Positions 1-10,400 of a stretch of 64,000 nt of DNA are shown in pieces. Every line of letters starts with the position of its first letter. The stretch's first letter is position 1. The stretch is from a virus: the UHGV virus genome UHGV-0038016, one strand, 5' to 3'. The notes under the pieces are model-generated. The model was not told where the DNA came from. It did no database searches and saw only the letters and a program-made list of their open reading frames with translations. The position numbers and the translations under genes were made by a program.

Positions 1-892
1 TAATATTTTGGAAAGTATTAGCAGTATAATCTTCTTTTTTATTTGCTTCTCGAACTGGTTGTACTACATTGCCGTTCATATAAGCTTGCGTTAATGCACT
101 TGTTGTGCCTTCCATTGGTTGAGATAATACTTCAATAGTAAAGTTTGAAATAGTATTTTCTAAACTTTTAGAAGTAGCAAATAATTCTTGTAATTGATGA
201 CGAACCGCAAATCGTACAAATGCTTGTGGGATATTATCATCTTCTGCAGTAATAGTTTCTTCTTGAACACCATTAACTATATTTGTAAATACATCTTCTG
301 GTACGTCCACCAAATTTTTGCCTTCGTTAAAGACTAAAACAGTTTTTCTGGAGTTATCAAAAGCAATATGAGTTGGTGCTAATTCAACTAATACATCTGG
401 CACTCCTGGTTGAACCTTCCATTTATCTCCCTTAACATAAGTTAATGGTTGACCTGTATTAATAGATTGTTGTGCGAATTTAAGTTTTAAATTATTTGGA
501 TCTGTATCATCAATTTGTAAAGCATAAGATAAACCTGAAGTTGTAGAAGTTACAACTGGTGGATAGCTTAAGTTTTCAATTAATTGTGAAATATAAGGAA
601 CTAAACGTGATAGTTCATCTGTAGTTAAAACAATATCCTCGAAATTATTTGGTACTTTATCAATTAGTTGAGTTAAGGCAACTTCTTGTGTAGCTAATGC
701 TCGAATAGGTTCTGCATTAGTAATCAACATATCAACAATATCAATCTTACCACCAAATCTAGTTAAAATTTGTTTTTCTGAATTATCTACAAAGCGTCTA
801 TCTGGTGTTTCTCTTACCATTTCTGAGACTGTTTCAGGAAGTATAATATTCCCTTGATGGTCACGGAAAGTGTGTTTTTTAAATCCTTCCAT
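1..892 (-). CDS. hypothetical protein, 3' end beyond window start (N-terminus MEGFKKHTFRDHQGN...)
   Basis: Minus-strand ORF with ATG at 890-892, preceded by a GGAGG Shine-Dalgarno sequence (minus-strand aaaaggaggaaaaggata-ATG). Open to the window edge (about 297 codons visible). Last gene of the late operon after the lysin. Confidence 0.45.
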   Translation of the reverse strand, partial: MEGFKKHTFRDHQGNIILPETVSEMVRETPDRRFVDNSEKQILTRFGGKIDIVDMLITNAEPIRALATQEVALTQLIDKVPNNFEDIVLTTDELSRLVPYISQLIENLSYPPVVTSTTSGLSYALQIDDTDPNNLKLKFAQQSINTGQPLTYVKGDKWKVQPGVPDVLVELAPTHIAFDNSRKTVLVFNEGKNLVDVPEDVFTNIVNGVQEETITAEDDNIPQAFVRFAVRHQLQELFATSKSLENTISNFTIEVLSQPMEGTTSALTQAYMNGNVVQPVREANKKEDYTANTFQNI

Positions 893-984
893 TATCCTTT
901 TCCTCCTTTTGTTTTTTGCTCTAAAAGTATTGAAAAAGAGGATAAGCACATTGTTATTGCATACCCTCTAATTCTTTTTATATA

Positions 985-1200
985 TTACCCAATTGAATCA
1001 ATTGGGAATGTTATTAGCTGTCCTTTAGTACTTATTTTAAGTTTATAATATCCTTGATAGGTTTTAATTCTTACTGAATTTTCTCCTTCTTCATCAGTTT
1101 TTGTTGTATACAATTGACGGATACCATCTTCATGATATACTCGGACCAACCAATTCTGTCCTTTTGGGTCTCTTAAAATTAAAGATTTACTTTGGCTCAC
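985..1200 (-). CDS. hypothetical small protein (71 aa), GTG start
   Basis: ORF from the track. GTG start with GGAGG 10 nt upstream (minus-strand ccagaaggaggtatgttag-GTG). Overlaps the lysin stop by 14 nt. Confidence 0.4.
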   Translation of the reverse strand: MSQSKSLILRDPKGQNWLVRVYHEDGIRQLYTTKTDEEGENSVRIKTYQGYYKLKISTKGQLITFPIDSIG

Positions 1201-3619
1201 CTAACATACCTCCTTCTGGAGTTTTTGGAGGGATAGCTTTAGTTTGTTCGTAACCTTCTGGATTATTCATAAATTTTGTAATATCTACATCATTATCTAA
1301 TACTTCTAATAATGTAATAATTCCAGTTCTTCCTCCAAAATTATATTGATCTCCTTGGTTTGTAAATATCAATTCTAATACATTTCCATCTGAATCATTT
1401 AATTTATTTGATACCACAACTGCTTTTCTATTATATTTAGTTGCTGATGGAATTTCTATATTAATTACTGAACCAATATCTAATAAATCTGGATGAGCAA
1501 CTACAGCTAACCCATTTTTAATTGGCAAACTATTCTCTACTGTAATAAAGTCTTCTGGTTCATACCGTCCTCTTACAGTAGTTGAAGTTGGAATGCCCTG
1601 TTCAAAATTAATATCTTCTACAAATTCTTCAGATAAATCAATATTCAAAGTCGCATATGTAGAATTAGCTACAGCCCAATGATTTTTTTCTAAATCTACT
1701 TGAGCAAAACCATTCTCTACAGCGTAAATATTCATACTTGTTTTTTCAGGAAGAATTCTTGGCGTTCCTTTCTCTATTGCTGGTTCTGCTACGTAAGTAG
1801 GAGCAGAATATACTTTTGTAGGTAATTTAGTTGAAATAGCCCCAATAGGAGAAGATGGTGTAGATAATCGTGAAACTGTTATTGCATCACTACTCTTAGG
1901 CACCCATAATTCATTAGAAGCTAATTGTAAACTAGTTTTACCAATTTCTTGTACTCTATAAACTTCATTGGAAGATAACCTTCTTTGAGATACTCCACCG
2001 ACATCAGCATTGGTTGCAACAACTGATTTTTTAACATTAACAACATATGTTCCTTTAGGGTCAATTGTAGGTTTTGAAGGTTTCCCCCCTCCTGATTGAG
2101 ATTGGTTATAATCTGCATCAGAAAAAATTCGTTTCACACCATAGATTTTTGGTCCCCAATAACTATCATTATAATTGTTTAATTTTGGACCTGGTGTAGA
2201 ACCAAAGTCAATCATTTTTCCTCCACCAACAACAATTCCAATATGAGTGGTTGTCATATTAGTAGCATAAGTTCCAGCAAAGAATATTAAGTCTCCTGCT
2301 CTAGCATCTTTGACGTCAACTTTTTTACCCCAACTTCCAAACCATTGGGCATCAGTATAACTTCCTATATCAACTTTAGCATGTTTTTGGTATAGATATT
2401 GACAGAATGAAGAACAGTCTCCAAAACCGCCTTTTCTTATTTGGGCAGGTCTTGTCCAAGAATAGGTCATTGACCCAAGCAAATCATTGGCTTCTTTAAT
2501 AATATTCTTAATTGTGCCTTCTCCATTTGGTATTAACCCATCAGCGCCAGTTCCTCCTCCACCACTATTATAGTCAGGATTTGTAATTACATCTTCTCCT
2601 TTTTCAATGGCATCACTTACCATTCCTACAAAGGCAGTATATAAGAAAGGATTATTATACCAGCTAATAGGTTCGCTTACTCCATCTACTTGCCAAGCTG
2701 GTAATACAGCGGTTGCAGGTATCTTATATGTTCTACATATTTCTGCAATAACTAAGGCTAATTTAATATTTAAATTGGTAGAAAAATTAGAAAGTGAACG
2801 TTTTGTTACTACTCCAATAGAGATAGTTTTTTTATTTGGATTACTCATGCCAGCAACTAAGCTTTTGCCTCTCTCCGCATGATAAACTCCTTCTGTAAAG
2901 GGCACTACTAATTGGGCGTCATTTTCCGAGATAATAACGTGATAGCCCATTTTTTGTCCACCATTTCCAGAATTAAGAATATTCCTTATTCCACCTAAAT
3001 TAGAACTACTTTGAATATCATGTACCACAATGGCTTGCATTGCTTCTAATTTAAACCCTGGTCTTGTAGTACCATTTTTCTTGATAAGATTTTCAGAAAA
3101 GTTTTTATAACCATTTCCTCCACCTATATCTCCACTGAATCCTCCGCCATCTCCACCAGAAAAAGCGTCTAAATCCCATGCTCTTAAATTATTAGCATTA
3201 ATAACTGACATAATTTTGCTTGGATAAGCAGGATCTGTTGCATAACCAGCGCTCCAAATTGCTGTGATTTGAGCTAAAGGATCTGTTTTCCCAATAGCAG
3301 CACGATAACGAGCATTTTCTGCAATTAATTTACCATGTTCCACAATGGAAACATCCCAACTAGGATACTTAGCAAAGGCGTCATTAATAGTTACATATCC
3401 CCCACCAGTCCACTCTTGGGTAGGGAAAACAATAGACTGCCCTTTATAACTTCCTTTTACACCAAACAGATTTTTCCCTTGTGTTGCTAGGGAACTTCTA
3501 CCCCAGTTTGACTCCAATGCTGCCTGAGCGGCAACAACAGAAGGTAAAACCTTATAGTTTTTCCAACTAGCATAAGCTCCACCTTTTATCTTTTTTAAAA
3601 AATCATCTGTAAAAGCCAT
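1187..3619 (-). CDS. endolysin / peptidoglycan hydrolase, multi-domain (GH73 glucosaminidase + amidase_2-like + NlpC/P60-CHAP-like + C-terminal binding region), 810 aa
   Basis: Lies immediately downstream of the holin. The N-terminus has AQAALESNWG...FGVKG, typical of GH73/FlgJ-like glucosaminidases. The middle has AIVVHDIQ...GYHVIISENDAQLVVPFTEGVYHAERG...NKKTISIGVV, an amidase_2/PGRP-like pattern. Further on, GFGDCSSFCQYLYQKH...LIFFAGTYATNMTTTHIGIVVG fits a Cys-His papain-like peptidase (NlpC/P60 or CHAP). Confidence 0.75.
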   Translation of the reverse strand: MAFTDDFLKKIKGGAYASWKNYKVLPSVVAAQAALESNWGRSSLATQGKNLFGVKGSYKGQSIVFPTQEWTGGGYVTINDAFAKYPSWDVSIVEHGKLIAENARYRAAIGKTDPLAQITAIWSAGYATDPAYPSKIMSVINANNLRAWDLDAFSGGDGGGFSGDIGGGNGYKNFSENLIKKNGTTRPGFKLEAMQAIVVHDIQSSSNLGGIRNILNSGNGGQKMGYHVIISENDAQLVVPFTEGVYHAERGKSLVAGMSNPNKKTISIGVVTKRSLSNFSTNLNIKLALVIAEICRTYKIPATAVLPAWQVDGVSEPISWYNNPFLYTAFVGMVSDAIEKGEDVITNPDYNSGGGGTGADGLIPNGEGTIKNIIKEANDLLGSMTYSWTRPAQIRKGGFGDCSSFCQYLYQKHAKVDIGSYTDAQWFGSWGKKVDVKDARAGDLIFFAGTYATNMTTTHIGIVVGGGKMIDFGSTPGPKLNNYNDSYWGPKIYGVKRIFSDADYNQSQSGGGKPSKPTIDPKGTYVVNVKKSVVATNADVGGVSQRRLSSNEVYRVQEIGKTSLQLASNELWVPKSSDAITVSRLSTPSSPIGAISTKLPTKVYSAPTYVAEPAIEKGTPRILPEKTSMNIYAVENGFAQVDLEKNHWAVANSTYATLNIDLSEEFVEDINFEQGIPTSTTVRGRYEPEDFITVENSLPIKNGLAVVAHPDLLDIGSVINIEIPSATKYNRKAVVVSNKLNDSDGNVLELIFTNQGDQYNFGGRTGIITLLEVLDNDVDITKFMNNPEGYEQTKAIPPKTPEGGMLGEPK

Positions 3620-3657
3620 TTATATACCTCCTTATAAATACTCTCTTTAATGTAAAA

Positions 3658-3690
3658 AAATAGGCTGTGCAATGACAGCCTATTGATTTA
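3658..3690. terminator. bidirectional intrinsic terminator between holin and lysin genes
   Basis: 8-bp perfect stem taggctgt/acagccta with loop gcaatg, flanked by an A-run on one side and a T-run on the other. Confidence 0.45.
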
Positions 3691-3696
3691 TTTTAT

Positions 3697-4026
3697 TTAT
3701 TTTTCTTGTTTAGTTTCATCTAGACCTTTTTCAAAGCCTTTTTTAGCAGCAGTATCAAATTGATTAGTTGCAATATAACCACCGATTAAACCACCAATTA
3801 TACCAACAATATAGTTAAGTCCTACAATTCCAAGAGCAGGAGCAATTGCCACTAGTACTGCTCCGATACCCCCTCCTAAAACTACTGCGATTAATTTAGT
3901 ATAATCGCTAGGAATAAAAGGTTTGATTAATTGAATAATATAAAATACGATTGGTGCCAAGATACCACCAAATGCTACCAAAGCAGCGAAAACATCTTGA
4001 ATTTGACTCATATCAATATTTGCCAT
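3697..4026 (-). CDS. holin (109 aa)
   Basis: Small protein with two or three hydrophobic helices rich in Gly/Ala/Ile (LVAFGGILAPIVFYIIQLI; LIAVVLGGGIGAVLVAIAPALGIVGLNYIVGIIGGLIGGYIA) and a charged C-terminus. Strong SD (attaaggagg). Sits directly upstream of the lysin. Confidence 0.65.
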   Translation of the reverse strand: MANIDMSQIQDVFAALVAFGGILAPIVFYIIQLIKPFIPSDYTKLIAVVLGGGIGAVLVAIAPALGIVGLNYIVGIIGGLIGGYIATNQFDTAAKKGFEKGLDETKQEK

Positions 4027-4113
4027 AATTTTATTTCCTCCTTAATTTTTGCCGAGATTAAAAGATTAGAAGAGCTAGGAAAAAACCTGCTAGCATTCCT
4101 AAACCAAATAATA

Positions 4114-4266
4114 TTACTCGGCGGTAACGTCTTTTTTTGCCATTTCATCTACAAGCTTCATAACATCGTCTCGGATCATAGCTGGAATTTGGTTTTCTTT
4201 TCCTTTCCAACCTTCTGGATCTTTGATGATAAGACTTGCGTAAAAAATTGCTAAATATGGATACAT
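4114..4266 (-). CDS. unannotated small ORF (50 aa, MYPYLAIFYASLIIKDPEGW...), translationally coupled
   Basis: Absent from the ORF track because it is under 60 aa. ATG has a strong SD (aaaggaggtgattatta-ATG) that overlaps the stop of the upstream gene. Ends 87 nt before the holin start. Confidence 0.3.
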   Translation of the reverse strand: MYPYLAIFYASLIIKDPEGWKGKENQIPAMIRDDVMKLVDEMAKKDVTAE

Positions 4267-4281
4267 TAATAATCACCTCCT

Positions 4282-5016
4282 TTAAGGTTGTCCAATAATC
4301 ATATTAGATAACATATTAATAGCATCAACTAAAGCCATTTCATTTAACTCTACTTTTTGTTTAAGTTCTTCATTTTCTTTCACTAAAGCGTCAAATTCTT
4401 CTTGGCTAATTTTGCCATCTCCATTTAGATCAATAATTGGTTTTTCTGGCAATGGTTCATCAGGAATAGAATCCCACGTAATTTTAAGTAGCTCATCCTT
4501 ATCAGTTTGACTGTCTACTAATGGATACAGCTTTTCTTTTAGTTTGTTCATTTTAGCTGTTTTTACTAAACTAGCAAAAGTATAAAGCGTTAAGAAACCT
4601 ATTTCATCTAATTCCTTTAAGAGAGTTTCCCCATTAGAATTAATAAACTCCCATTTAATATGCGTAATAATTTTACGTTCGAAGAGCGACTTAACCTCTT
4701 CGAAGTATTGTTGTTTATTTTTAGAGTAGGATACATGGTAGGTTTCCTCACTATTTAGTTCGTAGTCAAAACCAGAAATTATACTTTCATAACAAGACAT
4801 CTCTAAGTCATTTTTTACGTATTCTTTCAGGTTGTTTAATTCAAGAGAATTATCTTTGATCAGTTTTCCGTCTTTGTAAGTGTAATTACCAAAAAAATCA
4901 TTTAATACAATAATGGGGTGGTCATCTGGTATTTCTACTTCTGTCAGACCTTCAGAGTAACTGCTACTCCACCCCAAAACAACATTATTTGTATCTAATT
5001 CAACGTAAATAGTCAT
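4282..5016 (-). CDS. hypothetical structural protein (244 aa) with canonical EF-hand Ca-binding loop
   Basis: ORF in the tail-fibre/lysis region. DLNGDGKISQEEF matches the 12-residue EF-hand loop DxNxDGxIxxxE. Confidence 0.5.
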   Translation of the reverse strand: MTIYVELDTNNVVLGWSSSYSEGLTEVEIPDDHPIIVLNDFFGNYTYKDGKLIKDNSLELNNLKEYVKNDLEMSCYESIISGFDYELNSEETYHVSYSKNKQQYFEEVKSLFERKIITHIKWEFINSNGETLLKELDEIGFLTLYTFASLVKTAKMNKLKEKLYPLVDSQTDKDELLKITWDSIPDEPLPEKPIIDLNGDGKISQEEFDALVKENEELKQKVELNEMALVDAINMLSNMIIGQP

Positions 5017-5028
5017 CTGACCACCTCC

Positions 5029-7410
5029 TTAAAATTCATGTACCCTTACTAGTACAGCACGATTGGCATAGTTTTCGCCCTTCCAATTGTTATCATTACC
5101 TTTTATTTGCGTATTAGTAACATAGAGATATTTATGAGCAACAACGTCACCATAGGCCCCGAATAGCAAACGTACTCCGGCAGTGCTTGAAGTAGTTACC
5201 ATATCCTTCCCAATATAGGTCTGAATCATGTCGGCCCAAAATGAAGCACCATTAATATATTTACACCACATAAGCACCCAACCATTTCTACATTCAGACA
5301 AAGGCTTAGATGGTGTTATAGTTTGATTGCCTGCCATAAACCAACCACCTGACCATAGCATTGTGGCAGGATAATACATACGACCATTATCAGTAACTTT
5401 AAATATTGGAGTACCATCATGGTTAACATAGAATCCGTTATCTCTCATGTACATACGGTCGTAATCTTGACTTTGATTAGGAGAGTTAATATCTTTATCT
5501 GATTTGATGAAGTGTAGCCCTTCTCCATCATTGTTCATTGTATCATTCGAGAAGAAAATACCATTTAAACCAGATATATCACTATTATTCATTTGAATTC
5601 CCGTTTTACCTGTACTATGGTATTTTTCAGCTTCAATTTCTATAACACCAGACAATCCTCTTTCTTCACCTGTTGTTGGAAAATCTCCAAAAGAGACAGA
5701 TTTACGGTTTGGATCGATAAACATTAATGGTTTACCTTCCGTAATATTATATGATCTAGAATATGTTCCAGTTTTATCTGTAATGAATATTGTAACTGTC
5801 CAAGACTGAGAATTATCTAATGGTAATGTTTGTGCTGTAATACTTAATACATTCGCTGCTGTAGTAAAAGGAATATCTACCCTATCTGAACCACTTATTT
5901 GGTATTGTACAGATAAAATTTTATTTTTCCCATCAACAGGAGACCAAATAGAAGTACCTGAAACTAAAGTATCTGTTTCAAAACTATTATTTCTTCTTAC
6001 ATTAAAATTAATTACAGGCATATTATATGGAAGTACCGTAACTTCATAAGAAACACTTCCCTTTAATCCTCGACTATCAATAGCAGTAACAGTTAGGTTT
6101 CCTGTTGTTCCTGTAATAACACCAAAGTCTAAAACCATATTTCCTTCTGCATAATTAACCGTTTTTTTGATCCCTGCAAACGATGCCTCAACACTAGCTG
6201 GTTTACCATAATCTCTAGTTGTTATTATTGAACTAGGAACCGTTACCCTCAAAGTAGAATTTTTGTCTAAAAGTATTTTTTTGTTTCCTGTTATAGCAAT
6301 AGATACTTGATTTGTATCTTCATGAGAAAAACCTTCAGTTATTAAGGGTGAAGCTGTTTCTGTATTAACAATCGCACTTGCATATTTTTTTATACTATTT
6401 CTATATTGGGAACCACAAAGTTTAGAAACAATTTCTACTTCATAACCATTTTTTGTTGCTCCCGTAAATCTACTCAACATATTATTTACGTCTTCTTGGG
6501 TTAGCGTCCATCCTGTAGAACTTGTCGTTAAATTAGACCATGATTTACTCCAGCCAGCACATCTAAATGTTACATCATATTTAAACTTACTATCTGATTG
6601 GAAACTATCTAAACCAATATTAATTTTTTCACCTGAAGTTAAAGAAAAATCTTTAATATTAGGAGAAGCTGGTGCTGGATGAGCAATCTGGACTGTTCGT
6701 TGTTGACTAAGTCCGGACACGCCGTTCGTCCATAGTTTAACCTTTCCCAAAATATTTCCACCATCACCAGCAAATTGTTTTATTCTTTGAGCAATAGTTG
6801 ATAGCTGTCCATCTGTAAAATTAAATTTACCACTCGTTGCGACATTGCTTACATCTGCAAGCCACGTCCAATGACTATCATCAGATAGCGTAGGGTTAGC
6901 TCTATTTTGGACCCAAAAGCTTAGTCCATGTGTAAAATTTGATTGTCTGCTAATAGAAAAAGAACATCCATTAGGGACTGTAAATGTTGGTACTGGATTC
7001 AATGAACTATGTCTAGGTATTTTTGGTAAATCTGCATTAAAATTCCCAACAGATATTGTTCCGTAATAAACTCCTGCAAATGTAACATTTACAAAATAAC
7101 TTCCAGAAACAGTAGTCGTTTTTGAGCCGTCATTATTGTGTCCTACTCGATAATCTTTAGCTAATAATAATTTATTTTGACGCGCACTTAATTGAGAAGT
7201 TGCGTTTTCAGTTTGTTTTTGTCCATTAATTGTAACTTGTGCTTGACCTACGGCAGAAGCTGAAATAGCTCCATAGGCGTCCATAGATTGTAAATATAAA
7301 AAACCGGTGACAATTGTATAGTTACCAGCAATATCTTGTCGGTTTATCGACCATCTACAATTTAAATGATGTCGAGCAAAAGCAGTATATTTCTCTCCAC
7401 TTGTTGCCAT
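5029..7410 (-). CDS. tail fibre / receptor-binding or baseplate protein (793 aa)
   Basis: Large Ser/Thr/Asn/Gly-rich beta-type protein downstream of the giant fibre gene. Carries the same PSxYxW-type repeat module seen in neighbouring tail proteins. Confidence 0.5.
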   Translation of the reverse strand: MATSGEKYTAFARHHLNCRWSINRQDIAGNYTIVTGFLYLQSMDAYGAISASAVGQAQVTINGQKQTENATSQLSARQNKLLLAKDYRVGHNNDGSKTTTVSGSYFVNVTFAGVYYGTISVGNFNADLPKIPRHSSLNPVPTFTVPNGCSFSISRQSNFTHGLSFWVQNRANPTLSDDSHWTWLADVSNVATSGKFNFTDGQLSTIAQRIKQFAGDGGNILGKVKLWTNGVSGLSQQRTVQIAHPAPASPNIKDFSLTSGEKINIGLDSFQSDSKFKYDVTFRCAGWSKSWSNLTTSSTGWTLTQEDVNNMLSRFTGATKNGYEVEIVSKLCGSQYRNSIKKYASAIVNTETASPLITEGFSHEDTNQVSIAITGNKKILLDKNSTLRVTVPSSIITTRDYGKPASVEASFAGIKKTVNYAEGNMVLDFGVITGTTGNLTVTAIDSRGLKGSVSYEVTVLPYNMPVINFNVRRNNSFETDTLVSGTSIWSPVDGKNKILSVQYQISGSDRVDIPFTTAANVLSITAQTLPLDNSQSWTVTIFITDKTGTYSRSYNITEGKPLMFIDPNRKSVSFGDFPTTGEERGLSGVIEIEAEKYHSTGKTGIQMNNSDISGLNGIFFSNDTMNNDGEGLHFIKSDKDINSPNQSQDYDRMYMRDNGFYVNHDGTPIFKVTDNGRMYYPATMLWSGGWFMAGNQTITPSKPLSECRNGWVLMWCKYINGASFWADMIQTYIGKDMVTTSSTAGVRLLFGAYGDVVAHKYLYVTNTQIKGNDNNWKGENYANRAVLVRVHEF

Positions 7411-7492
7411 TATTAAATTTCCTCCTTTTCCTCTTCTCTCTTGGGAAATAAGAAATGGTCACTCCCAAATAATTAGGAATGACCATTTATTT

Positions 7493-10400
7493 TTAGTCAG
7501 TATCTTCACCATTGTATCCAACAAAGGCCCAGCCCTTAATAGTTGGAGAATCAACCGATACAATTTGTACTGGTTTCATCATAAATCTTTCTTGCGCTTC
7601 TAATTTTTTAACTTTCGTTGTATCTTTATTTAAAGTAAATACTCTTTCATAAACTTCCCCATTACGATAATAACCTGCAAATTCTCTAGGAGTCATAACA
7701 TTATATCCATCGTAATCAGAATTAAATACTTTCAAGCCACTACTATCAATTCGGACATTTGTAGAATATACTTCTTCGTGATGAGATTGCCAAGAGAGAG
7801 GATATGGACCAATGTTAATCATTAATCCTGCTGCGGATAATGTTGCATCTGCGCTTCCTTCTCCTTCTAAACCAATTCTAATAGTAACTGCACTTGTGTT
7901 AGTTACTGAAAAAGTAACAGACATTCGTTGGTATCCAATAGTATCAGCAGAGGCTTCTGAAACAGCTATTTCTTCTCCAGTTTTTGTATTTAATACTTTT
8001 ACATAATATTTACTCTTCCCTGACTGATTAATTTTATTAGCGTACCAGCTTAGAGTATATTCTGTATTTGGATTAGGTAGAAGAATATCTTGGTCTAGTT
8101 TATATCTTAAACCTTTTAATTCAAAACCAGCAATTAAACCAAGTTCTTCTAGTGATTCATCACCTAAAATTTGTCTAATTTGGGCATTGGCTGAATCATT
8201 TTTATGCCAGAAATCAAACATCCCAGAATATAAAACTACACTAGGTTTTCTAAAATCAAAATAGTCAGTAACAGTTGTAGAACTATTATACAAACATACC
8301 TTCATAAAAGCGGCTCCAGATGGTATTGTTACATTAACAGAATAATTACTCCAAATATCTTGGACTATATTATTTGTTTTTACAGTGTAAGAATCTGTTT
8401 CAAATATGGAACCAGCATTGTGCTTTTTGTCTGTAAATAGATAGATAAAACCTTGTCCATCTCCTATTGTATCCGCTTCAGAATTAGCTGATGGATCGCT
8501 TGCTGCCCCATAGAATCTAATAGAAACATAAATATGTTGAGTATCTCCAATAGTGTTAGGGATACGAGCCTGTCCAGAAATATTAATCAATTGACCTGGA
8601 GTAACAGGAATATTTTTACTATAACTATATTTGGTTCTTGAATTAGTTCCACCAATACGCATAATATTATATTCTGGAAAGTCATTTTCTGCTCCTATTA
8701 TTTGACCCATTCCTGTATCATTATACACCCAACCATTATCATTTAATCCAGTAGTTGAGATTGTTCCTTCAAATTTAGGATTTGTTAACATTTCATCGCT
8801 AGGCGCTGTATCTTCCCATTGGAAACCTGTTGAATTTCTAATTAAGTTAACCCCACCAGCTTTATCAATACCAAAATTGAATTTATTCATTTCTTGTTCA
8901 AATTCTGATTTGTTTACATATGTTGTATCAATTCCAGCAAAAGCTTCTTGCATCTGCTTATTATATTCTTCTATTTTATCTGATAATTCATGGTTGGCAC
9001 TACTTAGTTCATCGACCGCATCAGTTTTAGCATACACTTTCGACATATCTTCTGAACCAACTACTGTTTGAACAATAGAATCATCCGAAGTTTTTTGGGT
9101 AATTTGATAAATCCAGTCAATAATTGTAGAACCGTCTTCATTATTTAACCATGGAAGCATTTCTAAATCAGAAGCACTTAGAACAACCCATCCCCATTCG
9201 TAAGTTGTTTCTATTTTTTCTTGTGCAATACCTTTGGCACCGTTAACGTCTTCGCTACCATTTTCTGTAGTGATTGACTTCCAATTATAAGAACTAGGAG
9301 TGGTTGGATCTGGTGCTGTATCAGTTACACAATATCCAATATACATAGGTTTTTGACTACTATTATAAGTAACACTAAACCCTGGATCTGGTGTGACACC
9401 ATCTTCTTGATATCCAGTTGGTGTATTTGCATAAGCATAATGCGCATATTCAGTTCCAATTACACTTTCAATTGCTGATTTACCCCAACGATAAACTAAA
9501 CTTGGATTAGTTTTATCTAGAGGATCTCCACTACCACTAGAAGTATCTAACCATAATAATCCAGGATAAGGATTAAGTGGAGCAGTTGGTTGTCGTAAAA
9601 TTAACGGTTTTGTTGCATCGAAGCTTTTATTGTTTACAGTCATATAATCAAAAGCTGCCATAGAATTATATTCTACTTGAGCTTTAAAACTAATTGAATT
9701 AGCCTCTAAGAATACTACTGGTTCAACAACAATATATTTTTTATTTAAGGTAATTCCATTTCCAGCAGTAATTACTGTCCATTCCACCGAAGAATCTTTT
9801 GACATATACCATGTTACTTTATCTGGTTCTACTATATCTCCATCAGATTGTGTTTCTACATTAATTTGAATTGGAGATTGCTCAATGTTTGTTCCACCAT
9901 TAGAATAAACTTTAGCTACAAGTCCGCCACTCCCTTTGATTCTACTCCAAGTATAATCACCATAGGCGCTTGGTGCAGTTGAAGTTTGTGTAATAGCAAT
10001 ACCAATGTATTTAGTTTTGCTATTAGGTGTTGTAGTCATTGGATTACCATTGGCGTTTTCTGAATAACGAATCCATGTATAACTACTTGAACCATTAGAA
10101 CCATTCGAACCATCTTTGACAATATTAATACTCTTTTGATCTAATTGTACATTTTTAGCTCCAGCAACATACATCTTAACTCGTGCAGACAAAACGTTTA
10201 ATGAAGAAGGAGTATAGGTATAGGTTAATGCGTCTGCATCATACTTAGTAGTCCATGTAGTTCCATTAGTAGTTTCTTCTACAACAATACGAGATTTGAT
10301 GTTCTCAATAGATTTGTCCCCTGTTTGAGCCATACCAGAAATAGTAATATTTTCAGGAACTAGTTTACTTGCTCCTCTTGGTAATGACATTACTTGGCTG

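Noticed and set aside
3931-4254. 107-aa plus-strand ORF overlapping the holin
   Set aside because: It is antisense to the holin and to a well-supported small minus-strand ORF (4114-4266). It has no ribosome-binding site.
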